A stretch of DNA of 64,000 nucleotides from Sphaerodactylus townsendi. Lineage: Eukaryota. This document shows positions 62,038 to 64,000 of this stretch, one piece after another. The position numbers and the translations under genes are program-made. Every line of letters starts with the position of its first letter. The first letter of the stretch is position 1. Location: positions 36,518,001-36,582,000 of the forward strand of contig NC_059436.1 in assembly GCF_021028975.2 (NCBI RefSeq). The letters run 5' to 3'. The notes under the pieces were generated by a model. The model worked only from the letters and a program-made list of their open reading frames with translations. It ran no database searches and was not told the origin of the DNA.

Positions 62038-64000
62038 CCCTAAAGGAACAGGTTCATTTCTTGTGGATACTATAACATTCGTACCCAAATGTCCTTCTGA
62101 AGGGATCTGCAATAGTGGGTTGTACCTTTAACCAATGATATTTGGTTCACCAGTTGTGTCCTTTCTAGGAAAAGCGACATCTGTCCACAGGTACGCTTGT
62201 TACGATCACATTCAGATTAGATTACCACTGTGCTCTTTATGAGGAGCTGCTTCTGAAGACTGTTCAGCAATAGCTGCAAAATTCAGCTCACATCAACAAG
62301 GGAAGGTATGCCAGTCTTAACCTCATGGGCTGCTAGTTTGCTTCTATGAACCATTCAGACCGTTGATTTTTACCCTAAACCTGACAAGCACAGGTTCTGC
62401 TATGTTAATGTGCTTCCTTGAAACGTGGCTTATGGCCGCATTTGTACTTTGTGACCTCTAGTATGTAAATTGTGCCCAAGTGCCAGTTGGGCTGAGGCCC
62501 CTCCTGCCGGCTTGAGAACGACCAACCGGTTGTCACCTTGTTGTTTTGCGCTGTTTTGCTTTGATGTTTCTGGGGATGGAAAGAAGGGGGGGAGACCTGG
62601 GGAAACCTTTAGGGCATTAAAAAGGATGCTAGAAGAGCCGATATTTAGAATTGGCTCCTTCTAGGAGGGCTACACCGCTCTCTGACAATAAAAGACTTTT
62701 GATTGTAATCACTGAGTCCTGTATTGGTCCTGATCTGGGGCTTGACAAAACCTGCCTGAGACTAGAGTACCTTAAGGACCACTTTCTCCTGTATGAACTT
62801 TCTTGCATATTAAAGTGCTTCAGAGGGCCGCTTCCACGTGCTCCCATTTTCTGGAAAGGGGAGCCTCAACAGATGCGTCCACTTTCTGTGGTGCAGCCTT
62901 GCTTCTCAATGTACTTGCCTACAGCAGTTTTCCAGGACATGTAAGGAGATATTCCACTTCTGCATGCAATTATAGTATCTGACTATAATTCAAACAGTTT
63001 AGCAGCAGAGTTCTCCAGGATTTATCTATTACAAAATGATTATCGCCTTTTAATTCTGATAATACAAAGAGTAAGGGGGGTGAGTTCAGTTCTTTTAACT
63101 TTGACCAGCAAACCAGACAGAAAATCTGTAAAGACTTCTATTTTTGTGAGAAAAAGGGCATTTTTAGTGTCCCAGACATTTGGCAGAACATCCATGAACA
63201 TCTTGGGGGCCAGAGTGAATGTTTTCTTGATTTTTTTTTAAATTTGGTGTTTGTAACTACTGCTTTTAGTGTATTAATCTACAAACAACTGCTGCTTTTT
63301 TTACTGCAGTATTATTGATGGCTTGTGTTAGTTTTAATTTGATAAAAGCCGTTTTCTATATTATGCAAATTTTTTTGGTGAACTGCTTCAAGAAATTGAT
63401 TAAGAAGAATTGTATAAAATTAAATAGGGGGAGGGGGGAGCCTGGCTCACAGCATAGGCCCTGATTCCAAATACCAGCCTCCCTACTTGCTCACCACAGC
63501 CACTTTCTCCTAGTTCCAGGCAAGGGGCTCTTTTGCTAACGACTTCTTCAATACCAACAGCAAGGGAGGCCTTGCAGTGCCCTTCCCTTATTCCAGATCT
63601 GGGCTGCTGCATCTCTAGAAGGAGGAGTTCTGCCAAAAATCTCTGTTGGTCTTCAGACTTGAGAGAAGAAATTAAAGTTGTTGTTTTTTTGTCTTAGTCT
63701 GTGCTCATGAGTGATCAGTGTGCTGATAAGTGCTAAGTTCTGCTAACTGTTTGTCACCTTGCTCAGTTGACAATAGGGCCTCTCTTTAAAAATTAGTTCT
63801 TGACCAAAGACTATATTAATCCCTTTGGGTTTTTGAGACAATCACTGAGGGTTTTGAGAGAATCACTCTTCAGTGCTGGCCTTTCTGCAGGAAGTGAAGT
63901 CATCCCCTGCAAGGGCCTTTTCAGTATTGGCCCTAAGGCTGTGGAATGCAGACCTCCCACAAGGAAGGAGGTGATAGAAGAGGGCAGTGTGGTGTTGAGA

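Noticed and set aside
62169-62190. Possible 22-nt SCAI microexon (TTTCTAG|GAAAAGCGACATCTGTCCACAG|GTACGC)
   Set aside because: Frame-shifting, weak donor, no homology support; needs RNA-seq.

Overview
Vertebrate genomic DNA from a squamate reptile, most likely a gecko, judged from the Squam/Sauria-type SINEs, 5S-headed SINEs, hAT MITEs and Penelope, RTE and CR1 remnants. One assembly gap lies at 9266-9522. Three protein-coding genes can be reconstructed by hand from splice sites. (1) A 3-coding-exon SCAN + C2H2 zinc-finger gene on the minus strand (12267-14765, ~510 aa); its SCAN domain is preceded by a retained Gypsy/Gmr1-type capsid N-terminal region. (2) A complete RPL35 on the minus strand (24412-31633, 123 aa); its 82-nt exon 3 is present twice in a near-identical 581-bp tandem duplication. 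(3) The first two coding exons of SCAI on the plus strand (34825-34877, 37780-37824), head-to-head with RPL35, which differs from the mammalian gene order. Everything after 37824 appears to be SCAI intron 2. The rest of the window is TE-rich: two clean solo LTRs with TSDs, many hAT and Harbinger-type MITEs with intact TSDs, and a three-level nested insertion. Almost all short ORFs in the supplied track are non-coding noise. I found no clearly new biological system; the strongest leads are the RPL35 exon duplication, the capsid-extended SCAN gene and the RPL35-SCAI rearrangement.
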